From assembly GCA_045636665.1 (NCBI GenBank), contig JAZTXY010000086.1:72031-136030 (forward strand): a DNA stretch of 64,000 nucleotides, written 5' to 3'. The stretch is from Eubacteriales bacterium (GTDB lineage Bacteria; Bacillota; Clostridia; Oscillospirales; CAG-382). The notes beneath the pieces were generated by a model. The model was not told where the DNA came from. It saw only the letters and a list, made by a program, of their open reading frames with translations, and did no database searches. Both the position numbers and the translations under genes were made by a program. Shown one piece after another: positions 28,239 to 36,334 of this stretch (position 1 is its first letter; every line of letters starts with the position of its first letter).

Positions 28239-29780
28239 ATGAAAAAAATATTGGCATTATCAATTGTATTCGTATTTATTTTCACTTTCCTTGTAGGATG
28301 CAACGAAACGGTAGATATCGAAAGCGGCGATGAAAGCGTCGCAGAGCAGAGCGCCGAATCGAAGGACTCGGCAGTTGATAGCGAAGACGAAGGCGGTGGC
28401 GCGGAAAGCGATGACGCTTCGGTTGAATCAGACCCTGAAGAGCTAAAAATATCCGATTATTTTGCCGAGGTATTCAACAGAAATGCCGAGTCGAAAATAT
28501 ATTGTATCGACAATATAGAGCAGCTTTATAATTTTGCAAGCCTTGTTAATGAAAAGGGAATTGATTTTGACGGCGACGTTGTTTTGTTGCGTAACGATAT
28601 CGAATTGAATCCCACCGACGATATCGACGATTGGGAAAACAACCCTCCCGAAAACGTATGGGAGCCGATCGGAACGACGATTCCGTTCAAGGGGCAATTC
28701 ATCGGCGGTAGCGCGGAGAAGGTCGGAGCTATTTACTCTTACAAGACCGAAATAAAGGAAATAAGCGGTATTTATTGCTCCGACGACAAAAAAACAATAG
28801 GCTTGTTCGCAAATATCGAGGGCGCACAAATATCAAATATTAAGCTCGGCAAGGGAAAGCTTGACGGCGAAAACGAAAAGTCTTTCATTTATGCGGCGGG
28901 CATCGCTGCTTTCGCCGTTGACTCGGAGATCATCGGTTGCATTAATTATGCCGACGTTACAAGCGCATTTGCCGCGGGCATTGTATTTGATGCGACAGAC
29001 TCTAAAGTTATTTGGAGCGGTAATTACGGCAGCATATCCTCGGAAAACGGAAGCTCCGCAGGCATCGCAAACCGAATAAAAGGCGGAGAAATTTTCGGGT
29101 GCAATAACTATGGAACGATCAACGGAACCGATGCCGCAGGTATTGCATGCAATCAGGGCGGAAGCGTTATAAGATGCTGCGTAAACAAAGGAAACGTGAC
29201 GGCGAAATGTTATGGCGGCGGTATACTCGGACACAGCTCGATCGATTCGGGAGCTTCGGTATTGGCTTCCTGCGCTAACTACGGAAAAATCGTAAGCAGA
29301 GAGACAGCGGGCGGTATAATCGGTTCCGTTTGGGAAGGACAAAGCTCGCTGTGGGTAATGGACGTGCTTAACGTCGGAAACGTAGTATATGAAGAATACG
29401 GTCAGACCGATGAGCATGGTCAGACCGATGAGCGCGACCGTTTTGCAGGAGGCATTGTGGGCAGTGTTGTGCTTTGCTCGGTCGACGGCTTGGGTGATTT
29501 TCGTCTTGACGGCGCACTCAATTTAGGGCAGGTGACCGCTTCGGGCAATCACGGTGCGATAATCGGCAACGAAGGTACTCATGACTATCTCGTCGATTTG
29601 TGTGACAATTGCTTTTATCTCGATACAACGGTCGAAAAAAGCGTTATCGGCAAAGCCGTCAGAAAATCCAAGCTGACTGACACCAAAACGCTTGACGGTC
29701 TTTTGGACGGTATGAATTGGGAAATGGACGAAGAGCTCGGACATCCGATTCTTGCGAGAGATCACGTTTCGGCAGAATGA
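28239..29780 (+). CDS. GLUG-motif repeat lipoprotein (putative surface protein)
   Basis: AAGGAGG RBS. Lipobox FLVGC and an acidic linker. Repeated AAGIA/GGGILG/AGGIIG/AGGIVG GLUG-like units. AT-richer codon usage. Confidence 0.7.
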   Translation: MKKILALSIVFVFIFTFLVGCNETVDIESGDESVAEQSAESKDSAVDSEDEGGGAESDDASVESDPEELKISDYFAEVFNRNAESKIYCIDNIEQLYNFASLVNEKGIDFDGDVVLLRNDIELNPTDDIDDWENNPPENVWEPIGTTIPFKGQFIGGSAEKVGAIYSYKTEIKEISGIYCSDDKKTIGLFANIEGAQISNIKLGKGKLDGENEKSFIYAAGIAAFAVDSEIIGCINYADVTSAFAAGIVFDATDSKVIWSGNYGSISSENGSSAGIANRIKGGEIFGCNNYGTINGTDAAGIACNQGGSVIRCCVNKGNVTAKCYGGGILGHSSIDSGASVLASCANYGKIVSRETAGGIIGSVWEGQSSLWVMDVLNVGNVVYEEYGQTDEHGQTDERDRFAGGIVGSVVLCSVDGLGDFRLDGALNLGQVTASGNHGAIIGNEGTHDYLVDLCDNCFYLDTTVEKSVIGKAVRKSKLTDTKTLDGLLDGMNWEMDEELGHPILARDHVSAE

Positions 29781-29806
29781 TATGCATATTTAAAAAGTCG
29801 GGATCT

Positions 29807-29840
29807 CTTTTAAGGGGTCCCGATTTTTTTAAAAAAATAT
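29807..29840 (+). terminator. Rho-independent terminator after the GLUG gene
   Basis: GTCGGGATC...GGTCCCGAT followed by T7. Confidence 0.65.
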
Positions 29841-29880
29841 GTGACAAAACGGCAAAAAATCCGTCTTAACCTATGGGAAG
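29834..29880 (+). promoter_or_regulatory. Promoter-like module, copy 2 (TGTGAC-N16-CGTCTTAAC)
   Basis: The 28-nt and 9-nt blocks are identical to copy 1. Lies 116 nt upstream of blaI. Confidence 0.5.
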
Positions 29881-29892
29881 CAAAAATAATCG

Positions 29893-29978
29893 AATGCGTT
29901 AGACTATTTTTCCGAAAAGCTATTGACAAACCCAATCTAATGTGATAGACTATACTCGTCAAATGCATTAGACTATTT
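29893..29978 (+). promoter_or_regulatory. blaI-operon sigma-A promoter flanked by two 17-nt direct repeats (candidate operators)
   Basis: TTGACA (29923)-N17-TAGACT (29946). AATGCGTTAGACTATTT at 29893 and AATGCATTAGACTATTT at 29962. TAGACTAT occurs three times. Confidence 0.5.
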
Positions 29979-29995
29979 AGTTTTGGAGAAATATT

Positions 29996-30358
29996 ATGGC
30001 AAACGTTCCGAAGATTTTCGAAAGCGAATACAGATTTTGTCTTATCCTTTGGGAGAATGAACCGATTGCGTCAAAGGAGCTTGTGCGTATATGCAAGGAA
30101 AAGCTTGAATGGTCGCGCACTACCACCTATACCGTAATAAAGCGTCTTGCCGAAAGGGGAGTTTTGGTTCATGACCATACTGCCGTTCGCTCGCTCGTTT
30201 CCAAGGATGACGTGCAGCTTGCCGATTTCGATGAATTTTTTGAAAAGCGGTTCGAGGGCTCGTTACCTGCATTCGTTGCGGCGTTTGCAAGACACCAAAA
30301 TCTTACCGAGGATGAGCTGAGCCTGATCCAAAGCATAATTCAACACGGAGATAAATGA
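29996..30358 (+). CDS. BlaI/MecI/CopY-family transcriptional repressor
   Basis: 120 aa. Winged-helix sequence EWSRTTTYTVIKRLAERGVL and a C-terminal dimerisation region. Immediately upstream of the M56 gene. Confidence 0.8.
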   Translation: MANVPKIFESEYRFCLILWENEPIASKELVRICKEKLEWSRTTTYTVIKRLAERGVLVHDHTAVRSLVSKDDVQLADFDEFFEKRFEGSLPAFVAAFARHQNLTEDELSLIQSIIQHGDK

Positions 30359-30359
30359 C

Positions 30360-33300
30360 ATGGCAAACTTTTTTCTTGAAATATTCAATTTGAGCTTGGC
30401 GGCTTGTTGGCTTATCGGAGCTATTGTAGCCGTGCGCGCAATTTTCGCAAAAAGTATGCCGAAGTGGCTTGTCTGCTGTCTTTGGGGCTTGGTTGCGGTA
30501 AGATTGCTTGTTCCCGTTACGCTTGAAAGCAATATATCGCTCGTTCCCAATCAACAGCTCGAGCTTTTAATCCCGAACGAAGGCATCGGCGAGGTTTCGG
30601 AATATGTTGAAGAATCGCTTCCTTCTTTTGAAGAAAATGGTATCGATTCAACTGTTTCGGCGCCTGTAACCGATGAAGCCGTGTCATCGCCCGTAACCGA
30701 CGAGGAATTTTCCGCGCCGATTGTCGATGAAACCGTTTCTTCGCCCGTAACCGACGAAGAAGTATCTTCCCCCGTAACCGACGAAGCCGTTTCTGCCCCG
30801 ATTATCGAGGAAAATGCTTCTGCGCCCGTGACCGATGAAAATATATCGGCTTCGGTTCAGGATACCGTTATCGGCGACCAAAATACCGAAGATGTCGGCA
30901 AAACCGACGTTGCAGTTAACGGCAATATCGTTCAATCGGAAAAAACGGAGCATTCAAAAAAGGTTTCGAGCAATTTTGCCACAATTGCGTTTGCGGTATG
31001 GGCAATCGGATTCTTTTTGATGCTTGAATATTCGGTCGTAAGCTATATTCTCCTCAAAAAACGCGTTGCAATGTCGTTCCCTTGCGGCGACAAGGTACGC
31101 AAAGGCGAGGGCGTGGATTCTCCGTTTATTTTCGGACTTTTCCGTCCGCGTATTTATATCCCTTTCGGATTAAGCCAAAGAACCGAAGAATGTGTTATTG
31201 CGCATGAAAGAGCGCATTTTAAACGCCGCGACTATCTTATAAAGCCCTTTGCGTTTTTCATTCTTTCGGTGCATTGGTTCAATCCCTTCGTATGGTTGGC
31301 TTATATCCTTCTTTGCCGCGATATCGAATATGCCTGCGACGAGAAGGTCGTTGACGGTCTTGACGCCGATTCGCGTAAAGCGTACGCCCTTGCGCTGCTC
31401 GAATGTGCAGTCGCGCACCGACGTATTACCGCTTGTCCCGTAGCTTTCGGCGAGACCGGAGTGAAAGAAAGAGTGAAAAATACAATGAAATACAAAAAAC
31501 CCGCATTCTGGATAGTTATTGTTTGCGTTATCGTTTGCATTGCCGTTGCCGTGCTGTTTTTAACAACGGGCGTGGGCGGAAGTGAGGATTCCGACACCTC
31601 GTCGGAGGCATCGGACACCTCGTCGGAGGCATCGGACCCCTCGTTGGAGGCATCGGGCGAAAATCAAGTTGAACAAGACGAGAAAAATTATATCGATGAC
31701 CTTTTCGCGGCTGAATTTGTCGAATACGAGGATCTCGGCAAATACCAAAACTGCGTAAGGTTTGAATCGAGCGTTGAATACAACGTAATGAGCGTGCTCA
31801 TTACACCCAAGACAACGATATACGATTTTAAAATATATTCGTTGGAAGACAATATCGATACCGTAACACTTGAAAACATTCTTTTTGAAGCAAAAAGCAT
31901 TTCCGCCGATAAGCCGCTTCTTGCGGATATTGAGTTTGGCGATATACTTGCCGAAAACGGAATATCGTTTACCGACGAAAACGGTAATGAGTATCTTTAT
32001 AAACTTGTCGATAGTGCGTACGACGGAAAATTGATAGTTTCCGACGTGACGACGGAAGCGTCCGAGGAGAGCGATGGCACCCTTATAGTAAACGGTATCG
32101 ACATTACCAAAGGAAGCGGCGTGAAAATCTATGACGACCGTGCTGAGTTGCCTTTTGTCGCTATAATGGAAGCGTTGGGAATATCGTTTGAATGGAAAAC
32201 AGACAGCACTGCCATAATGACGTACGGTTCGATTAAACCGTATCTTTTAGACGTAAAAAAAGGAGAATTGACCGACTATGTCGGAGGTGACGGCAGAAAT
32301 CACTTTACGGCATACAGCGATTCACCTCTCGGTTTTGTTTCTCTTGAAAAAGAAATATTGATTGACGATGTCAATGCTGCTGCGTTTTTCTCCGAAATGG
32401 GTTTTGTGTTCAGAATTTCTTACTTTGATATAAATTTCAAAGATAAGATTATCAGTATCGGCAGAGATACAAATGATTATAAATGCACGCTCATTGTAAA
32501 CGGAAATGATATTACCGACAGCACTCATGTAGTTATGAAAAGCGATGATGGCAATTATACGCTTTTGCCGTTCGTTGAGATTATGGAGGTGCTTGGAGCC
32601 GAATTTGAATGGGAAAGTGACTATGTTGCAAAAATAGAATTTCTCGAAATGCGGTTTGCGTTGAATGTAAAAGAATGCAAATTAATCGCCGAAGAAAATG
32701 ACGTTAATCTTATTAGTCCGCCGTTGGGAGGAACAAGAAAATTCTCTGCCGACAAGAAGGAATTAATAGTCGACAATGTTACATTAAAACAATTTTTTGA
32801 TGCCGCGGGAATTAACGCGCTATATGACTATAACAAAAAAATTGTTACGATCAGCACAAAATCTTCGGGGAACGAAGCAAGCAACAACGAACCCCACGTT
32901 CACGTTTACGGGGAATGGAAAACGGTTACTGCCGCGACCTGTCAAAGTACGGGTGTGGTCGAGCGTGTTTGCTCTTGCGGTGACAAGCAGCTTCAAAGCG
33001 TGAATATAACTCAGCATAAATACGTCAACGGCGTTTGCTCTTGCGGTGCGATCGAAAGCGCAAGCGACATCGAGGACGGAACGTTGACGTTCAGTATGAC
33101 AAACGGCGGATATAAGGTTTCGGGAAAGGGTTTTAACGGCAGCGTGGTCGTTATCCCGAGCACCTTTATGGGAAAGCCGGTTGTTGAGATTGCTCAGGAT
33201 GCATTTGGCGGAAACCGCAATATCGAAAGAGTCGTGATTCCCAAAACCGTTAAAACGATTGGTAGTCATGCGTTTTTGCATTGCTTTTTCCTTAGAGAGG

Positions 33301-34340
33301 TTATTTTTGAAGAGGGAAGCGAGCTTATAAGCATCGGCGACAGCGCGTTCAATAACACCGCGATCGTTTCGATAACACTGCCCGAGGGCTTAAAAACCAT
33401 CGGTGAGGGTGCGTTCAATTCCTGCGACGATATGAAGGAAATAACTCTGCCCTCTACGCTTAAATCAATCGGCAGTAACGCCTTCAGATACTCTACCGTT
33501 AGCAAGGTTACTGTCAAAGACATAGGCAAATGGTGCACTGTTTCGTTTGGTAACGAATATGCTAACCCTGCATATATTTCGCAAAGCCTTTATGCTCCCG
33601 ACGGCTCTTTGGTTACAAGAGTAAACGTTTCCAACGGAGCGTCCGAGATATCGGCGTATGCCTTTTGCGGAGTGAAAACCATCGAAAGCGTAAGCATTCC
33701 GTCGACCGTTAAGAAAATCGGAGTCGATGCGTTTGCAGATTGCAAGACTCTTGACGTTTATATTACCGACCTCACAAAATGGGCACAGGTTTCTGTTGCG
33801 AGTGCAGATTCTCTGCCCGGCAAGCGACTGTTTCTTAACGGTGTCGAGATAAAGGACGTCGTTATTCCCTCGGGTGTCACCTCGATAGGAAGCTATGCCT
33901 TCAGCTTTGCATCGCTTACCTCGGTCACCGTGCCCGATACCGTGAAAACCATCGGAGAGGGTGCTTTTCACTATTGCACAAATCTTCAAAGCATAAAGCT
34001 TTCAAAGAACCTTACCGAAATACCGAAGAATATGCTTTACGGTGCATCGTCGTTGAAGACGGTTGTTATTCCCAATACGGTAAAAACTATTGGTGAATCG
34101 GCATTTGAGGGTTGTATCTCGCTTGAATCGATGTTCATACCCGCAAGCGTTACCTATATCGGAAAGCACGCGTTTGAAAATTGCGGTAGCTTGAAGGAAT
34201 TTGAATTCGAGGTCAAGGACGGCTGGGTATGCGCCGCAACCGGTGGCGACTATACGGTCCATGCAAGCGATCTTTCAACATCGTATAAAACGATAGCAAA
34301 GATAAAGGATTACAATTTTGCACCGTGGGTGCGAAGATAG
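30360..34340 (+). CDS. M56 (BlaR1/MecR1-type) membrane metalloprotease fused to a ~900-aa extracellular region (Cu-amine-oxidase-N-like x2, Cys cluster, ~12 BspA-type LRRs)
   Basis: IAHERAHFKRRDYLIKPF (HExxH) sits between TM helices. LIVNGxDIT..LPFVxIMExLGxxFEW occurs twice. Repeated IPxTVKxIGxxAFxxC units run to the C-terminus. Confidence 0.8.
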   Translation: MANFFLEIFNLSLAACWLIGAIVAVRAIFAKSMPKWLVCCLWGLVAVRLLVPVTLESNISLVPNQQLELLIPNEGIGEVSEYVEESLPSFEENGIDSTVSAPVTDEAVSSPVTDEEFSAPIVDETVSSPVTDEEVSSPVTDEAVSAPIIEENASAPVTDENISASVQDTVIGDQNTEDVGKTDVAVNGNIVQSEKTEHSKKVSSNFATIAFAVWAIGFFLMLEYSVVSYILLKKRVAMSFPCGDKVRKGEGVDSPFIFGLFRPRIYIPFGLSQRTEECVIAHERAHFKRRDYLIKPFAFFILSVHWFNPFVWLAYILLCRDIEYACDEKVVDGLDADSRKAYALALLECAVAHRRITACPVAFGETGVKERVKNTMKYKKPAFWIVIVCVIVCIAVAVLFLTTGVGGSEDSDTSSEASDTSSEASDPSLEASGENQVEQDEKNYIDDLFAAEFVEYEDLGKYQNCVRFESSVEYNVMSVLITPKTTIYDFKIYSLEDNIDTVTLENILFEAKSISADKPLLADIEFGDILAENGISFTDENGNEYLYKLVDSAYDGKLIVSDVTTEASEESDGTLIVNGIDITKGSGVKIYDDRAELPFVAIMEALGISFEWKTDSTAIMTYGSIKPYLLDVKKGELTDYVGGDGRNHFTAYSDSPLGFVSLEKEILIDDVNAAAFFSEMGFVFRISYFDINFKDKIISIGRDTNDYKCTLIVNGNDITDSTHVVMKSDDGNYTLLPFVEIMEVLGAEFEWESDYVAKIEFLEMRFALNVKECKLIAEENDVNLISPPLGGTRKFSADKKELIVDNVTLKQFFDAAGINALYDYNKKIVTISTKSSGNEASNNEPHVHVYGEWKTVTAATCQSTGVVERVCSCGDKQLQSVNITQHKYVNGVCSCGAIESASDIEDGTLTFSMTNGGYKVSGKGFNGSVVVIPSTFMGKPVVEIAQDAFGGNRNIERVVIPKTVKTIGSHAFLHCFFLREVIFEEGSELISIGDSAFNNTAIVSITLPEGLKTIGEGAFNSCDDMKEITLPSTLKSIGSNAFRYSTVSKVTVKDIGKWCTVSFGNEYANPAYISQSLYAPDGSLVTRVNVSNGASEISAYAFCGVKTIESVSIPSTVKKIGVDAFADCKTLDVYITDLTKWAQVSVASADSLPGKRLFLNGVEIKDVVIPSGVTSIGSYAFSFASLTSVTVPDTVKTIGEGAFHYCTNLQSIKLSKNLTEIPKNMLYGASSLKTVVIPNTVKTIGESAFEGCISLESMFIPASVTYIGKHAFENCGSLKEFEFEVKDGWVCAATGGDYTVHASDLSTSYKTIAKIKDYNFAPWVRR
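30654..30869 (+). repeat. 27-nt (9-aa) tandem repeat x8 inside the M56 gene
   Basis: VSAPVTDEA / VSSPVTDEE / FSAPIVDET ... The copies diverge at synonymous sites. Confidence 0.85.
31593..31655 (+). repeat. 21-nt tandem repeat x3 (DTSSEAS linker) inside the M56 gene
   Basis: GACACCTCGTCGGAGGCATCG occurs twice, followed by one diverged copy. Confidence 0.85.
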
Positions 34341-34368
34341 TTTCGTGATTTCTCCTTTTAAAAGTGTA

Positions 34369-34405
34369 AGGCAGACGGGTCAACTCCGTCTGCTTTGCTT
34401 TTTTC
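34369..34405 (+). terminator. Rho-independent terminator after the M56 gene
   Basis: GCAGACGG...CCGTCTGC followed by a T-rich tract. Confidence 0.7.
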
Positions 34406-34492
34406 GGCAAAGAAACGGTAAAGAAAAGAAATAAAGCCTGTTTTGTGTTGAAAATAAAGGGAAAACGCGAAAACAAAAAAATCAAAAAAATA

Positions 34493-34521
34493 TTGATTTG
34501 CGGATAATTGTATGATAAAAT
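34493..34521 (+). promoter_or_regulatory. Sigma-A type promoter for the decarboxylase beta-subunit gene
   Basis: TTGATT-N17-TAAAAT. Confidence 0.5.
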
Positions 34522-34564
34522 CCTTGTGTATGTTTAAATTTCCCTAAAGAAAGGAAAAATCAAA

Positions 34565-35671
34565 ATGAATGCACTTCTCGAAGTATTCGGCAACGTGATC
34601 GAGCTCGATTGGAAGATGTGCGTAATGTGGCTCATCGGCGGTATTCTTATCTATCTTGCTATCAAGAAGGATATGGAACCCACACTTCTTCTCCCCATCG
34701 GCTTCGGCGCGATTCTCGTTAACCTTCCGCTTTCGGGCGCAGTTGGCGAGCACGGCCCTCTTACCACGCTTTACAATGCAGGTATCGCTAACGAACTGTT
34801 CCCCTTGATACTCTTCATCGGTATCGGTGCCATGATCGACTTCGGTCCTCTGCTCTCCAACCCCAAGCTTATGCTTTTCGGTGCGGCGGCTCAGTTCGGT
34901 ATCTTCTTTACACTTTCAATGGCGTCTATCTTCTTTGTAGATAAGGACGCGGCTTCTATCGCTATTATCGGTGCGGCAGACGGTCCTACCTCGATCGTTG
35001 TTGCTCAGGCGCTCGATTCTAATTACATCGGCGCAATAATGGTTGCGGCATATTCATATATGGCGCTCGTTCCCATTATTCAGCCCCCCGTTATCAAGCT
35101 CCTCACCACCAAGAAGGAACGTATGATAAGAATGCCTTACGTTCAACGTGAGGTTTCTCAAACCACCAAGATTCTTTTTCCGATAATCCTTACCGTTATC
35201 GCAGGTCTTATCGCACCCGATTCGGTTGCTCTTATCGGCTTCCTTATGTTCGGTAACCTTATCCGTGAATGCGGCGTTTTGGCATCGCTTTCCGAAACCG
35301 CACAAAAGGTTCTTGCAAATCTCGTTACCATCTTCCTCGGTATCACCATCGCTTGTCAGATGCAGGCAGAACAGTTCCTTTCTCCCGCAACCCTCCTTAT
35401 TATGGGCTTGGGTCTTGTTGCGTTCATCGTCGACACCGCGGGCGGCGTTCTCTTTGCAAAGTTCCTGAACATCTTCTTGAAGACCAAGATGAACCCCATG
35501 ATCGGTGCGGCAGGTATTTCAGCATTCCCCATGGCAGGCCGTGTCGTTCACAAAATGGCGCTTAAGGAAGATCCTCAAAACTTCTTGCTTATGCAGGCAA
35601 CCGGTGTTAACGTTTCGGGTCAGATCGCTTCCGTTATCGCAGGCGGTATGATTCTTAACTTCTTCGGTTAA
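34565..35671 (+). CDS. Sodium ion-translocating decarboxylase beta subunit (OadB/GcdB/MmdB family)
   Basis: 368-aa polytopic protein. IGFGAILVNLP, GIANELFPLILFIGIGAMIDFGPLL and GAADGPTSI family motifs. Confidence 0.8.
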   Translation: MNALLEVFGNVIELDWKMCVMWLIGGILIYLAIKKDMEPTLLLPIGFGAILVNLPLSGAVGEHGPLTTLYNAGIANELFPLILFIGIGAMIDFGPLLSNPKLMLFGAAAQFGIFFTLSMASIFFVDKDAASIAIIGAADGPTSIVVAQALDSNYIGAIMVAAYSYMALVPIIQPPVIKLLTTKKERMIRMPYVQREVSQTTKILFPIILTVIAGLIAPDSVALIGFLMFGNLIRECGVLASLSETAQKVLANLVTIFLGITIACQMQAEQFLSPATLLIMGLGLVAFIVDTAGGVLFAKFLNIFLKTKMNPMIGAAGISAFPMAGRVVHKMALKEDPQNFLLMQATGVNVSGQIASVIAGGMILNFFG

Positions 35672-35693
35672 TAGGGAAAGGAGAGTAAAATCA

Positions 35694-36218
35694 ATGAAAA
35701 AATTTGTTCTTGTTCTTCTTACCGTTATCCTTGTTTCCTGCACACTTGCATTTAACGTTTCTGCCGCAAGCACCTTAGCAGACATTTCTTATGAAATCGG
35801 AAAGCTTGAAGGCTTTGATAATTTCTACGTTACTTCGATAATTCTTGTTCCCGATGAAACCAACGCAATGGTTATCAACGGTACGACAGTGGTTGACGGA
35901 AAAGACGTTGATTGGACCGAAAAGTATGACCTTACCACCGAACAGTATCTTGCGCTTTTCAAGGTCAACAACTCCAATCTCGTTTATGATGCGGCTACGG
36001 CACAGGTAATTCCCGAATCGGCGGCAGATATTATCGTTTCCGCTATTCAGCCCACCGCTTTGGACGTTGAGCTTGAATATAACGGCTTCGGCAACGACGG
36101 ATTTTTGAGAAACATTAAGTATATGGGTCTCGGTATGCTCGGTATTTTCGTAGTAATCGGTCTTGTAATGCTTATCACCTATCTTCTCAACACCGTTACC
36201 GGCAAGAAAAAAGCGTAA
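35694..36218 (+). CDS. Secreted/lipoprotein-like protein with an OadG-like C-terminal TM segment
   Basis: GGAGAG RBS and a signal peptide (LVSC). The C-terminus MGLGMLGIFVVIGLVMLITYLL resembles the OadG gamma-subunit helix. Confidence 0.5.
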   Translation: MKKFVLVLLTVILVSCTLAFNVSAASTLADISYEIGKLEGFDNFYVTSIILVPDETNAMVINGTTVVDGKDVDWTEKYDLTTEQYLALFKVNNSNLVYDAATAQVIPESAADIIVSAIQPTALDVELEYNGFGNDGFLRNIKYMGLGMLGIFVVIGLVMLITYLLNTVTGKKKA

Positions 36219-36334
36219 ATATTAATAAGGAGCTGTTGAAAAACGGCTCCTTTTTCTTTGTGACAAACTATTGCGAATTTTAATATTTGGGTGTATACTG
36301 TAAAAAACAACTTTCCGAAGAGAAGGTGAATGTA

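Noticed and set aside
29400-29435. An 18-nt perfect tandem duplication (GGTCAGACCGATGAGCAT/..CGC, encoding GQTDEH-GQTDER) in the GLUG gene
   Set aside because: It is a simple in-frame slippage duplication in a linker. I noted it but do not consider it functionally informative.
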